A DNA stretch of 64,000 bases, taken from IMG/VR virus record IMGVR_UViG_3300002092_000025. One strand, given 5' to 3'. Origin of the DNA: a virus. A program made the translations under genes and the position numbers. This document shows, one piece after another, positions 1 to 8,293 of the stretch (position 1 is the stretch's first letter; every line of letters starts with the position of its first letter). A model generated the notes under the pieces. The model was not told where the DNA came from. It saw only the letters and a list, made by a program, of their open reading frames with translations, and did no database searches.

Positions 1-2
1 CA

Positions 3-113
3 GAAGCCGCGGCCCAAGCACGGATCCAGACCCACGCCGCTAACACAAAAGACTGTCGGGTAGTATTGTATCAGCGTGGCACAAGCAAAGGCCCAGTGAG
101 AGTGGAGGACTAA
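3..113 (+). CDS. 3' end of an early hypothetical protein (truncated by window edge)
   Basis: Open frame EAAAQARIQ...PVRVED ending in TAA 111-113; it contains the GGAGGA RBS of the next gene. Confidence 0.55.
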   Translation, partial: EAAAQARIQTHAANTKDCRVVLYQRGTSKGPVRVED

Positions 114-115
114 CA

Positions 116-427
116 ATGGAAAAAGTAATCAAAGACGGTAAGGTAGCAGTATTGATCAGCACAGGGTATGGTGCTGGGTGGTCTACTTGGAATACCGAGA
201 GCCCAGAGATGCTGTTCGATCCCACATTGGTCCAAATGGTAGAGGCTGATGCCGATATGTCTGAGTTGGTTGCCTACGCAGAAAAGCAATGGCCCAACGC
301 ATATCACGGCGGGTTGGACGAGTTGGCCGTGTGTTGGATTGATCAAGGGACCGAGTTCCGGATCAACGAATACGACGGTTCCGAGAGAATCGAAGTGAGA
401 AACGAAGTAGATTGGATCGTGGCATGA
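116..427 (+). CDS. Conserved phage hypothetical protein (VAVLxSxGYGAGWSTWN family)
   Basis: ORF with GGAGGA RBS; motif recurrent in large phage early regions. Confidence 0.85.
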   Translation: MEKVIKDGKVAVLISTGYGAGWSTWNTESPEMLFDPTLVQMVEADADMSELVAYAEKQWPNAYHGGLDELAVCWIDQGTEFRINEYDGSERIEVRNEVDWIVA

Positions 428-642
428 CAAACGATAAACCATTGAGCCTTTATGAAATGAGCGTTCGCCGTGGTGAGAAACTGATCCTCGCCCACAGTAT
501 GGAACACCCTATCTACGAACGCCCTGCGGATGTTATCGCCGACATCCTCGCCTACTGTGAAGCACACGAAGTGGACTTCGACTTTGAAGTGAGGCTGGCC
601 CAAAAGTATATCCGTGATGAGCGGGAAGAACAGGCCACTTGA
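424..642 (+). CDS. Hypothetical early protein
   Basis: ATGA overlap with upstream gene; stop lies in the TTGAC of the next promoter. Confidence 0.75.
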   Translation: MTNDKPLSLYEMSVRRGEKLILAHSMEHPIYERPADVIADILAYCEAHEVDFDFEVRLAQKYIRDEREEQAT

Positions 643-666
643 CGTATAGCCTGTAGGTGCTATTAT
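639..666 (+). promoter_or_regulatory. Early sigma70 promoter, type A
   Basis: TTGACG-N13-TGCTATTAT followed by ATAAGCATAAAC leader. Confidence 0.85.
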
Positions 667-699
667 ATAAGCATAAACACAAACACAGAGGACAGTCAA

Positions 700-894
700 A
701 TGAATAAATTCGAACACGCATTCCGTGACTTGGATGAAGTCTATCACGCCGTCATGGACAAGGCAGAAATCAAAGAACTGAAACTCACCAGAGAAGACTA
801 TACCTGGATGCTCAGCCTCGCAGAGAAGGCACGTCGCATCGCGGACAAGATCAATGAACTGGACGAGAGCGAGAAGACAAAGCCCTGGGGTTAG
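700..894 (+). CDS. Hypothetical early protein
   Basis: ORF behind promoter and GAGGA RBS. Confidence 0.8.
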   Translation: MNKFEHAFRDLDEVYHAVMDKAEIKELKLTREDYTWMLSLAEKARRIADKINELDESEKTKPWG

Positions 895-911
895 CCTGAG
901 GCCCCGCTGTT

Positions 912-1268
912 ATGAAGAAGCCAGTCATTCGAACTGTATTGATAACGGAAAAGAACCTCCCAAGGTTAACCAGAGAGGCACTGGTCCAAAGCCGTTATGG
1001 TCAAAAGAAACTATACGATTCGATTGATTGGCGACCCTTAACTGAAAACGACTATCTGATTGAACTGTTAAAAAACCCAAAAGGTGAAATACCTCAGATG
1101 GCGGTCCTACACCAGTTGATTCTAAAAAATCATCCATATCATCAGGACATGAAATATTGGCAGTTGATAATAAGAGATGGACTGATACAGGTCCGCCCAA
1201 ATTCCGGACGAGGCAAGAACGATTGGCAAACATTGGGCATTGCCACACTGACTAAGACGTTCAGTTGA
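912..1268 (+). CDS. Hypothetical protein (AT-richer than neighbours)
   Basis: 118-aa ORF; stop lies in the next TTGACA. Confidence 0.7.
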   Translation: MKKPVIRTVLITEKNLPRLTREALVQSRYGQKKLYDSIDWRPLTENDYLIELLKNPKGEIPQMAVLHQLILKNHPYHQDMKYWQLIIRDGLIQVRPNSGRGKNDWQTLGIATLTKTFS

Positions 1269-1292
1269 CAGCACCTAAAGAGATGCTATTAT
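1265..1292 (+). promoter_or_regulatory. Early sigma70 promoter, type A
   Basis: TTGACA-N13-TGCTATTAT. Confidence 0.85.
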
Positions 1293-1322
1293 ATAAACAT
1301 AAACAAAACAGAGGAGCAATAC

Positions 1323-1673
1323 ATGATGTTGGACACAGACGCAATTTCCAAAGAAATGTTCGCAGAAGCCGCTAAGGCCGCCCGTGAGTTCGCAGACGCT
1401 CGCTTCGATGGTAGAGACGGTGGGGCTTGTGGCTTCAGTTGGGTAGAAGTTTACCCCGAGAGCAAGGGTAATACTAAACTGGGCAAGATTGAACGCTCTG
1501 TTCTTAAAGCGATGGGCTTCAAACATGACTGGACTGGCAAGGCTTATCAGATCTGGGACCCAGCGAAATGGCCTGGACAGAGCATTGATATCAAAGAAGC
1601 GGGTGCCACAGCCGCAGCCAATGTGCTCCGTAAATATGGATTTAGAGCATATGCTTCGAGCCGCTTAGACTAA
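1323..1673 (+). CDS. Conserved phage hypothetical protein (GxCGFxWV family)
   Basis: GACGFSWV...QSIDIKEAGA..AA.VL...G.RAYASSRLD motif; AGGAG RBS. Confidence 0.85.
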   Translation: MMLDTDAISKEMFAEAAKAAREFADARFDGRDGGACGFSWVEVYPESKGNTKLGKIERSVLKAMGFKHDWTGKAYQIWDPAKWPGQSIDIKEAGATAAANVLRKYGFRAYASSRLD

Positions 1674-1682
1674 GCCAACGAA

Positions 1683-1702
1683 GGGGGAGCAAGCCCCCCC
1701 CC
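1683..1702 (+). terminator. GC stem-loop preceding a promoter (terminator or processing hairpin)
   Basis: GGGGG-AGCAAG-CCCCC; no U tract. Confidence 0.4.
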
Positions 1703-1704
1703 AC

Positions 1705-1732
1705 TTGACGTATCCATGTTAGATGCTATTAT
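1705..1732 (+). promoter_or_regulatory. Early sigma70 promoter, type A
   Basis: TTGACG-N13-TGCTATTAT. Confidence 0.85.
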
Positions 1733-1760
1733 ATAAACATAAGCAAACAAGGAGCACACG

Positions 1761-2021
1761 ATGAACGGTTTCGAAGAAAAATGCTACGGCACTTCCGTTG
1801 AGTCCATCCGCGAGGACTACATGAACAGCCTGACTGCTCGCTTCGCTGGCTTGGAAATGGTCGTGATGAGCCTACTGAGCGACTGCCAAGAGATGCTGGA
1901 CATGGACGAGCGTATCGAACGTGCCGCCATTGTCGACAGTCGCATTGAAGTGGTCCGCAAGCAATTGAACATTGCCAAGTTCATCCTGGGCGAACAGTTG
2001 AAAACCCGTATGGAGGCCTAA
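1761..2021 (+). CDS. Hypothetical early protein
   Basis: AAGGAG RBS, behind promoter. Confidence 0.85.
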   Translation: MNGFEEKCYGTSVESIREDYMNSLTARFAGLEMVVMSLLSDCQEMLDMDERIERAAIVDSRIEVVRKQLNIAKFILGEQLKTRMEA

Positions 2022-2022
2022 T

Positions 2023-2223
2023 ATGACTAAGCCACGCATCTTCCGTGCCTGGATCAATCAGCCCAGCACTCTACAGCCACTCCACAACCTCCACGGTGTT
2101 AAATGTATCGCGGTGGAGGATCGTCCGGGCAATGTCCGCTTGTATTTCACCGAGGGTGCTGTCCATAGCATGGATGCGGATCCACTATGCGTCAGCGAAA
2201 TCAAACTCAGTTCGGCAGGTTAA
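2023..2223 (+). CDS. Conserved phage hypothetical protein (AWINQPSTLQPLH motif)
   Basis: GGAGG RBS; coupled ORF. Confidence 0.8.
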   Translation: MTKPRIFRAWINQPSTLQPLHNLHGVKCIAVEDRPGNVRLYFTEGAVHSMDADPLCVSEIKLSSAG

Positions 2224-2224
2224 A

Positions 2225-2374
2225 ATGAAATATTTTTACGAGATCGAGTTCAAAGATGGCAAGACAGTCCGCAGAGAAAACCTTACCAAAACTATCGCAG
2301 AGAGCATGTTCAAAGCGATGGAGTTCGAGATGTTCCTGTTCAATGTCCATGCGGTCACTTGGGGTAGGATGTGA
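2225..2374 (+). CDS. Hypothetical early protein (MKYFYEIEFKDGK)
   Basis: Start re-assigned to ATG 2225, directly after the upstream stop. Confidence 0.7.
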   Translation: MKYFYEIEFKDGKTVRRENLTKTIAESMFKAMEFEMFLFNVHAVTWGRM

Positions 2375-2378
2375 CCAG

Positions 2379-2406
2379 TTGACGCAGCCTACAGACGTGC
2401 TATTAT
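2379..2406 (+). promoter_or_regulatory. Early sigma70 promoter, type A
   Basis: TTGACG-N13-TGCTATTAT. Confidence 0.85.
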
Positions 2407-2431
2407 ATAAGCATAAACAAAGGAGCATGAA

Positions 2432-2641
2432 ATGACCATTGATCAACTCCGCGATGCTATTGCCTGGATGGAAAGCAACCACGCTCGTGCTATGGAAGGC
2501 CAAGCATATGGCCTGGCAGAGGCTATGTGGGAGAAGAGAGAGTCACTGTGGTGCGACCTCCAATGTGCTATACGTGAACAGCAAGACAACCAGCCCGACT
2601 GGACCAAACAGTGGTATGACACTTCTGCGGAACTAATCTAA
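2432..2641 (+). CDS. Hypothetical early protein
   Basis: AAGGAG RBS. Confidence 0.8.
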   Translation: MTIDQLRDAIAWMESNHARAMEGQAYGLAEAMWEKRESLWCDLQCAIREQQDNQPDWTKQWYDTSAELI

Positions 2642-2853
2642 TGGAACGGAATACCATGTGTGATACTATCGAACGCTATGCTAAGTCAAAAGGTTTCCCA
2701 GATATCCGCTGCTTTATCGTTACCCTAGAAGATGGTGCTAAAGAATATGCCATCTGCGACGATAAGGATTGGCTGTATGGTAGCCCACAGAGCGAAGCCA
2801 TTGCGGTCCATATTGATATGATGAAGTTAACAAAGGGACACTCAAATGGATAA
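2641..2853 (+). CDS. Hypothetical early protein
   Basis: TAATG coupling. Confidence 0.75.
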   Translation: MERNTMCDTIERYAKSKGFPDIRCFIVTLEDGAKEYAICDDKDWLYGSPQSEAIAVHIDMMKLTKGHSNG

Positions 2854-3067
2854 CGTCTACGTCATTACCCGCGAGGACACGACCGATCGCTCCAGTCAGA
2901 TCATGGGGGTGTTCCCCGCAGAAGGGTTGGCAGAGATCGCCCGCGTGGTGCTGGAGCGGCGTATGACCAATGAGGATAAGGACGCCGGCATCTTCTTCCG
3001 CATCACAGCCTACCAACTGGGTAAACTGTATCCAGTTGACGTAGCCTTGTTAGATGCTATTATATAA
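2846..3067 (+). CDS. Hypothetical early protein
   Basis: Overlapping start; the ORF reads through the next promoter. Confidence 0.7.
   Translation: MDNVYVITREDTTDRSSQIMGVFPAEGLAEIARVVLERRMTNEDKDAGIFFRITAYQLGKLYPVDVALLDAII
3036..3063 (+). promoter_or_regulatory. Early sigma70 promoter, type A
   Basis: TTGACG-N13-TGCTATTAT. Confidence 0.85.
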
Positions 3068-3099
3068 ACATAAGCAAAACAGACACACAGGAGCACATC

Positions 3100-3585
3100 A
3101 TGGGTTTAGATATGTATCTCACCGGTAAGCGGTATATGGCATCTTGGATCGACTCTGCTGATACTGAAAAGCAATCCGCGATCCAGACGCTGTTCCCCGA
3201 ACTGGCAAATCTCCCAGGGGCCCATAGCGATAACCCTGTCCGTGAAGTCCGCATTGAGGCTGGCTACTGGCGCAAGGCCAACGCCATCCACGATTGGTTC
3301 GTTAAGAACGTCCAGGACGGCAAGGACGAATGCCAACCTCACTATGTGAGCCGTGAAGATTTGGCTGAACTCAAGACGCTATGCGAACGGGCCATTGCGG
3401 CTCGTGGGCGCGACTTTGAAGAAGAAACGTCCGAAGACATACTGCCCACTGCCAGCGGGTTCTTCTTTGGTGGCACCGAATACGACGATTGGTATTACGA
3501 TAATCTGGCTGACACGATCATAATCGTAGATCGTTGCTTGGCTCTGCCCGACGCTTGGGAATTCGAATACTGCTCCAGTTGGTAA
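3100..3585 (+). CDS. Conserved phage protein (MGLDMYL...YWRKANAIHxWF family)
   Basis: Widely seen motif set including GFFFG and C-terminal YxSSW; AGGAG RBS. Confidence 0.9.
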   Translation: MGLDMYLTGKRYMASWIDSADTEKQSAIQTLFPELANLPGAHSDNPVREVRIEAGYWRKANAIHDWFVKNVQDGKDECQPHYVSREDLAELKTLCERAIAARGRDFEEETSEDILPTASGFFFGGTEYDDWYYDNLADTIIIVDRCLALPDAWEFEYCSSW

Positions 3586-3725
3586 GCCGTGCGCGACACT
3601 GTGTCGCACAGAACAACCGCTATAGACCTACAAAGACGCGGATACACAGGGGCAGAGCAGATCTGCTGTATGCTATACGCAAGAAAAAAACCCCTGCTGT
3701 ATGTGCGTCTTTGTTGGTTGCTACC
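3586..3725 (+). ncRNA. Candidate structured intergenic RNA
   Basis: Long imperfect stem 3626-3652 pairing with 3691-3718, plus palindromes at 3593-3607 and 3656-3667. Confidence 0.45.
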
Positions 3726-3728
3726 CAC

Positions 3729-3756
3729 TTGACGCTGTCGCTGTAGATGCTATTAT
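3729..3756 (+). promoter_or_regulatory. Early sigma70 promoter, type A
   Basis: TTGACG-N13-TGCTATTAT. Confidence 0.85.
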
Positions 3757-3785
3757 ATAAACATAAACAAACAGGGGAAAACATC

Positions 3786-3932
3786 ATGTGGACCACTAAG
3801 TATTTCCGAGACTTTGCGGCCCAATGTGAATGGATCCGCAAGAATCGCAATCGTTATCAGATCACTCCGCTGTTCGTCAACAACGGCTATGCGGTTGAAT
3901 ATAAACTCCTAACCGTGTTGAGGATGGCGTAA
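3786..3932 (+). CDS. Hypothetical early protein (MWTTKYF)
   Basis: AGGGG RBS; start re-assigned downstream of the promoter. Confidence 0.75.
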   Translation: MWTTKYFRDFAAQCEWIRKNRNRYQITPLFVNNGYAVEYKLLTVLRMA

Positions 3933-4008
3933 TGACAGACTATCCAGACCTAGCCTACTGGGGCTCTTGACGTATAGTTTGCTAAACTCAAACCTAAGGA
4001 TAACTGAT

Positions 4009-4191
4009 ATGGCTAAGGTAAAGCAGAAGACAATTTCATTGGAACTGAACGAAGGAGAGTTGGATACTCTCTTCATTGGGCTCGAACGGGCCTGTGATGC
4101 TACCAGCGACAATGAGGACTTCAAATACTTTATGAAACTGATGGCCAAGATCGAAAAGGCCCAGAAGAAACTGATCAAGGAGGCGGCCTAA
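4009..4191 (+). CDS. Hypothetical early protein
   Basis: TAAGGA RBS; start re-assigned to ATG 4009. Confidence 0.75.
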   Translation: MAKVKQKTISLELNEGELDTLFIGLERACDATSDNEDFKYFMKLMAKIEKAQKKLIKEAA

Positions 4192-4427
4192 TGACTGACA
4201 AGACCTTTACCTTTACGATCGAACAGATCAAAGACATCTACCGTGCGGGTATCCGGCGTGGAGAGAATCAGCAATGTGCCTACGATTGGGGCGCTCGTGC
4301 TGGTGGCGGTGAATATGACGAATGTGTGGAGGCTATCCACGATATCGTCAACGACGGATTTAAGTGGGGCGATGTTGGTTATACCCACTACACTGATGTA
4401 GAAGATTGGTTCAAGGAGGCCAAGTGA
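4191..4427 (+). CDS. Hypothetical early protein
   Basis: AAGGAGG RBS, TAATG coupling. Confidence 0.8.
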   Translation: MTDKTFTFTIEQIKDIYRAGIRRGENQQCAYDWGARAGGGEYDECVEAIHDIVNDGFKWGDVGYTHYTDVEDWFKEAK

Positions 4428-4579
4428 TGGACGAAGCAACCTACAGAGTCCTCTTAGAATGTGTGGATCTGATCTTTGATTCCACCGAAGGACCCGCCGC
4501 AATCGTCCTTTCCAAACTAATTGATCTGATCGTTGAATATGAGGATAAACACTATCCTATAGATGAGGAGACTGCTTGA
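4427..4579 (+). CDS. 50-aa protein resembling the N-terminal domain of HigA-type antitoxins (no HTH)
   Basis: MDEATYRVLLECVDLIFDSTEGPAAIVLSKLIDLIVEYEDKHYPIDEETA; AAGGAGG RBS; absent from the ORF track. Confidence 0.65.
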   Translation: MDEATYRVLLECVDLIFDSTEGPAAIVLSKLIDLIVEYEDKHYPIDEETA

Positions 4580-4716
4580 TGTTCACTGTTACCTACTCCT
4601 ATTATGGTACTTACCAGCACGAGAAGACATTCGCTAGTGAGACTGCCGCCAAGAAGTTCTTCTGGTTCATACAGAAGAAGACAGGTGTGACTAAGGTGGA
4701 ATGGAGGGCACTGTAA
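4579..4716 (+). CDS. Hypothetical early protein, 45 aa (MFTVTYSYYG)
   Basis: GAGGAG RBS, TGATG coupling; absent from the ORF track. Confidence 0.7.
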   Translation: MFTVTYSYYGTYQHEKTFASETAAKKFFWFIQKKTGVTKVEWRAL

Positions 4717-4949
4717 TGGACACAGAACAACAGATCCTAGACCTATTCCAACAGGCCAGTTTTCACTTCGCTGACGATACTGGGTCTGAATGGGATCGAG
4801 CCTACTGGTGCTTGGATCGCGCTGCCGAGATCATCGTTGAACAGCGATACCCCCTATACCGTATCAAAGAACTAGTCAGGACCAGCGATAGCCTGATCGA
4901 TATCGATACGATCTTGACCAGGGTGCTCAAACAGGCGTATGGACAATGA
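4716..4949 (+). CDS. Hypothetical early protein
   Basis: GGAGG RBS, TAATG coupling. Confidence 0.75.
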   Translation: MDTEQQILDLFQQASFHFADDTGSEWDRAYWCLDRAAEIIVEQRYPLYRIKELVRTSDSLIDIDTILTRVLKQAYGQ

Positions 4950-5299
4950 TTGATCTTGCGAAAAAATATGGCAGTAGAGGTCTTACCTTGGGGGACTTGA
5001 CCGACCTGTTGGATTGGGACAAATGTCCTTCATGTTATATGATCAAAATGGTATTATCTGATAATACGCATGAGACCGTAGAGTATTGGTATCATACGAT
5101 TGGGACCCTAGAGTTTTGGCTTGAAGAAAATAGAAAACATAAGGTAGATTATTTTTGGAAAGAAGAATGGGAATACGACTCCGACGGTGGAGTCGCAGAT
5201 TATTGTATTAAATTCTATATTGCCAATCCAAAAGATGTGACACAGATATGCCTAATTTGGCCCATTGAAAAGGTCTATGCGCCATTTGAACACGATTAA
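4946..5299 (+). CDS. Hypothetical protein
   Basis: ATGA coupling; AT-richer than neighbours. Confidence 0.75.
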   Translation: MIDLAKKYGSRGLTLGDLTDLLDWDKCPSCYMIKMVLSDNTHETVEYWYHTIGTLEFWLEENRKHKVDYFWKEEWEYDSDGGVADYCIKFYIANPKDVTQICLIWPIEKVYAPFEHD

Positions 5300-5304
5300 C
5301 CCAG

Positions 5305-5332
5305 TTGACATAGCCCTGCGATATGCTATTAT
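5305..5332 (+). promoter_or_regulatory. Early sigma70 promoter, type A
   Basis: TTGACA-N13-TGCTATTAT. Confidence 0.85.
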
Positions 5333-5363
5333 AAAGCATAAACAAACACAACAGGAGCACACC

Positions 5364-5642
5364 ATGAGCAGCATCTATACACGCAAGGAAGAGGAAACTG
5401 TTCTCCGTAAAATGGAAGACTTCCTGGGCGACTTTACCTACACTGCGGAAAAGGAAATAGATTGGGAACTCAGCGATATCTTTAAATCTGAGGAAATCCT
5501 GCCCAAGATGAAAGCCCTGTATGAGGCTGTCTACGCTATCCAGGAAATGGTAGAGGAACGCCTGTCAACCTTGGAATTGGAGATCGAGGACGAGGACTAT
5601 TTCTTTGAACAGTTAGAAGACGCAATCAAGGAAGCCGCTTGA
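5364..5642 (+). CDS. Acidic hypothetical early protein
   Basis: AGGAG RBS; start re-assigned; very D/E rich. Confidence 0.8.
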   Translation: MSSIYTRKEEETVLRKMEDFLGDFTYTAEKEIDWELSDIFKSEEILPKMKALYEAVYAIQEMVEERLSTLELEIEDEDYFFEQLEDAIKEAA

Positions 5643-5666
5643 CGTATAGCCTATAGATGCTATTAT
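5639..5666 (+). promoter_or_regulatory. Early sigma70 promoter, type A
   Basis: TTGACG-N13-TGCTATTAT. Confidence 0.85.
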
Positions 5667-5698
5667 ATAAACATAAACAAACACAACAGGAGCACACT

Positions 5699-6022
5699 AT
5701 GATCTGGGCAGAAAATTTTATCCGAAACGATATTAACCCTAAAGTCCGTGAGTTCGTATACACCCTCCCAAAGGTCTCCGCTAAGGCAATAGGTCTAGAC
5801 GAACGCTGTGGGTTGGTCTATGTGGCAGATGACGCGATCATAGTCTATGTGGCTAACGACCGCCAACTCCAATACTACGGTGGGTTTGAATACGTATCCA
5901 AGTCATACCGTTGTGGTGTGGGTGACTTCGTGTTCTACTTCGCAGACGATGAACGTGTGAGCGACTGCTTGGATCACTTTAGGGTCGACCAAAAAGACAA
6001 AGCCCAGGAAGAACTAGCATGA
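5699..6022 (+). CDS. Hypothetical early protein (LQYYGGFEYV motif)
   Basis: AGGAG RBS; start re-assigned. Confidence 0.8.
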   Translation: MIWAENFIRNDINPKVREFVYTLPKVSAKAIGLDERCGLVYVADDAIIVYVANDRQLQYYGGFEYVSKSYRCGVGDFVFYFADDERVSDCLDHFRVDQKDKAQEELA

Positions 6023-6222
6023 GCGGAGGCTGGCATAGGGTAAGACACACAGACTGGGCCACTTGGATTAGGCCCGGTCTACTCATAGCCTACGGTGAGG
6101 GTGATCCCCCCACAGATGGGTATCTGGCTAGGGTCAGCCCAGACCTAACAGTAAATGGGCTAGACTTTGAATTCATATTCAGCCAATATGAATGGGTCCT
6201 GATCCTTACCGAGGATATATAA
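6019..6222 (+). CDS. Hypothetical early protein
   Basis: ATGA coupling. Confidence 0.7.
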   Translation: MSGGWHRVRHTDWATWIRPGLLIAYGEGDPPTDGYLARVSPDLTVNGLDFEFIFSQYEWVLILTEDI

Positions 6223-6226
6223 GAGC

Positions 6227-6400
6227 ATGAGCAACCCAAGAGAACTATTACAAAAGAAAATTGAGCAGGCCGTTAAAGAATTCCAAGCCCAGGGTGGTAA
6301 GATACAGAAGATCCCCGAGGGCCAGAAGACAGACCCCGCGGAACTAAAGAACCAATGGGGTCGCCCTCGCAAGAAGAAGCCAGTTGACACAGCCAAGTAA
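6227..6400 (+). CDS. SutA-like RNA-polymerase-binding microprotein with C-terminal GRPRKK (AT-hook-like)
   Basis: MSNPRELLQKKIEQAVKEFQAQGGKIQKIPEG...WGRPRKKK; absent from the ORF track. Confidence 0.65.
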   Translation: MSNPRELLQKKIEQAVKEFQAQGGKIQKIPEGQKTDPAELKNQWGRPRKKKPVDTAK

Positions 6401-6411
6401 GATGCTATTAT
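6384..6411 (+). promoter_or_regulatory. Early sigma70 promoter, type A
   Basis: TTGACA-N13-TGCTATTAT. Confidence 0.85.
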
Positions 6412-6442
6412 ATAAGCATAAACAAACACACAGGAGCACACT

Positions 6443-6793
6443 ATGAGTGGTTGGCATATCGTCCACAAGAAAGCACCCTACGATTCAGTTAAGTGGTACG
6501 CAACAGAACGTGGCGCGAAGATCGGCGTCCGTGCAAGTAATAAGAACGCAGGGTGGCGTCGTGTTTCACCCTGCTGGACCAACGGTATCTATATGGAATG
6601 GGCTGAGAAAGATAACCAATACGACTACGCACCCTACCAAGTAATGAGCGACTATGATTACCAAAAGAAGTGGGTCGACGCCCTACCTGTTAAGGTTAAG
6701 AGCCTCATGGATAGCACAAAAGAAATAGAGATCCACCCCAGCAAGGTTGGAACGCATATGGACCCCAGCCAAGAACGCTATTGGAGCCAATAA
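6443..6793 (+). CDS. Conserved phage hypothetical protein (VKSLM...DPSQERYWS)
   Basis: AGGAG RBS; C-terminal motif recurrent in phage early proteins. Confidence 0.85.
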   Translation: MSGWHIVHKKAPYDSVKWYATERGAKIGVRASNKNAGWRRVSPCWTNGIYMEWAEKDNQYDYAPYQVMSDYDYQKKWVDALPVKVKSLMDSTKEIEIHPSKVGTHMDPSQERYWSQ

Positions 6794-6794
6794 G

Positions 6795-6977
6795 ATGAAC
6801 GAAGAACAGCACACGATCAATAAGGTTATTCTAGAACTGATCGCAGAACAGGCCAATCGTATCACTAAACTAGAAGCAGATGTGAAACGACTACAGAGCA
6901 AGAACACCTTCCGTAGTCTGGGCAAGGGTAAGAACTGCGAAAAACCTTCAATTGAAAAGGTCGTGATAGCATCATGA
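6795..6977 (+). CDS. Hypothetical coiled-coil protein
   Basis: GGAG RBS; start re-assigned to ATG 6795. Confidence 0.65.
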   Translation: MNEEQHTINKVILELIAEQANRITKLEADVKRLQSKNTFRSLGKGKNCEKPSIEKVVIAS

Positions 6978-6981
6978 CTAA

Positions 6982-7176
6982 ATGGATGCTCATGCTACCC
7001 ATACTGCTCTTACTGCTATGGATCCACTCTCTTATATTACTAGTGGAAACGGGTGGACCTTGAGATTTGATGAACCATATCACACTATACTATTATGGAT
7101 CGGCGAGCATTGGTATGTGCTCGCTATCCTACTCTACATGCTAGTCCAATATTGGAAAGAAAAGAACCTGATCTAA
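6982..7176 (+). CDS. Small membrane protein (start could be 7018)
   Basis: Hydrophobic stretch WYVLAILLYMLVQYW. Confidence 0.55.
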   Translation: MDAHATHTALTAMDPLSYITSGNGWTLRFDEPYHTILLWIGEHWYVLAILLYMLVQYWKEKNLI

Positions 7177-7442
7177 TGCCCGAGAATAACCTCAACGAGG
7201 TTCGCGCGATTTTTCCACACACGATCGCCGTATACCATATCCAACACAGTAGAGCAGCACACGATCTGATCAAATGGTGTATGGATAACTTCCAACACGA
7301 CTGGACTAAACACTTCGTAGACGGTATAGTCTATATCCAACTGGAACAAGAGTCCGACTTATCACTGTTCTTACTATATTGGGGTCAGGATAATCGTATA
7401 GACTATACTATAATAGATATCCTAAGCGAACTGGGACTATAA
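7176..7442 (+). CDS. Hypothetical protein
   Basis: TAATG coupling; WC..NF...D..LFLLYW pattern. Confidence 0.7.
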   Translation: MPENNLNEVRAIFPHTIAVYHIQHSRAAHDLIKWCMDNFQHDWTKHFVDGIVYIQLEQESDLSLFLLYWGQDNRIDYTIIDILSELGL

Positions 7443-7445
7443 CAT

Positions 7446-7739
7446 ATGATCACAACTATAACACTCCATGGCAATACACACCAATGCATCGAGATAAGCG
7501 AATGGATCACGAATCGTGGATACACGCACGATCAAGATTATACTTGGAGCAGAGTAGATCGTAATGGTGAGAGGTATATACTGATCCATACACGTGAAGC
7601 CAAACTAGCCACACTGGTAGCACTACAGTTCTCAAACCTAAACCCAATACAGGGTATACACCCAGATCTCAAACAGGGAGGAGATCAACTTCGAACTGAA
7701 ACTATGTGGCTAGGATCCGTATCGCACAACCACATATAG
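7446..7739 (+). CDS. Hypothetical protein
   Basis: ORF in operon orientation. Confidence 0.7.
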   Translation: MITTITLHGNTHQCIEISEWITNRGYTHDQDYTWSRVDRNGERYILIHTREAKLATLVALQFSNLNPIQGIHPDLKQGGDQLRTETMWLGSVSHNHI

Positions 7740-7814
7740 GCCCCGCTGTGACTATAAGCACAATACCAATACCCTATACACACAATGGCCCCGCTGTGGG
7801 CAATAGGCATACAG

Positions 7815-8135
7815 ATGAAACAACACGCCTACTTCGTCAGTGGACTAACAACGAACCAAAAGACCTTCTTAGAGTCTAATGGCTGCAGCATAGAACAGAA
7901 CTTAAAACGAACCCATCTCAACTATTGGCTCTCAACAGAAGGCGTTAAGGTCACAGTAAAGAACGAACAGGGCAAAGACGCATGGGGCCTCATACAGAAC
8001 AGTGATCTAACCGTAATACAGAGTTTGGTTTATACTCCAGAACCACATAAGCCGTTAAGTGGGACTAGAGCAGATTGGGTTATAGTGGATGAGGTTGAGA
8101 CTATAAGCGAAGAACTGTGGAGCGGAACCGTTTGA
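7815..8135 (+). CDS. Hypothetical protein
   Basis: ORF; start uncertain (7785 or 7815). Confidence 0.55.
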   Translation: MKQHAYFVSGLTTNQKTFLESNGCSIEQNLKRTHLNYWLSTEGVKVTVKNEQGKDAWGLIQNSDLTVIQSLVYTPEPHKPLSGTRADWVIVDEVETISEELWSGTV

Positions 8136-8158
8136 TATATCATGAGATCTGTTTGAAA

Positions 8159-8226
8159 TAACAGTTTGGGACAGAGTGTAACAGAATTGGGACAGATTGG
8201 GACAGAATTGGGACAGATTGGACATG
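8159..8226. repeat. Tandem 10-11 bp repeat array (ACAG[A]ATTGGG)
   Basis: ACAG at 8161, 8171, 8181, 8192, 8202, 8213 and ACAT at 8222. Confidence 0.85.
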
Positions 8227-8293
8227 TGGATATAAACATATCTTTATATCATTGTCGCTATACCTGCCGAGACCATCCCCTGAGAATCCTGCG

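Noticed and set aside
3967-3994. TTGACGTATAG as another early promoter
   Set aside because: The -35 and spacer start match, but no TGCTATTAT follows at the conserved distance; at best a decayed copy
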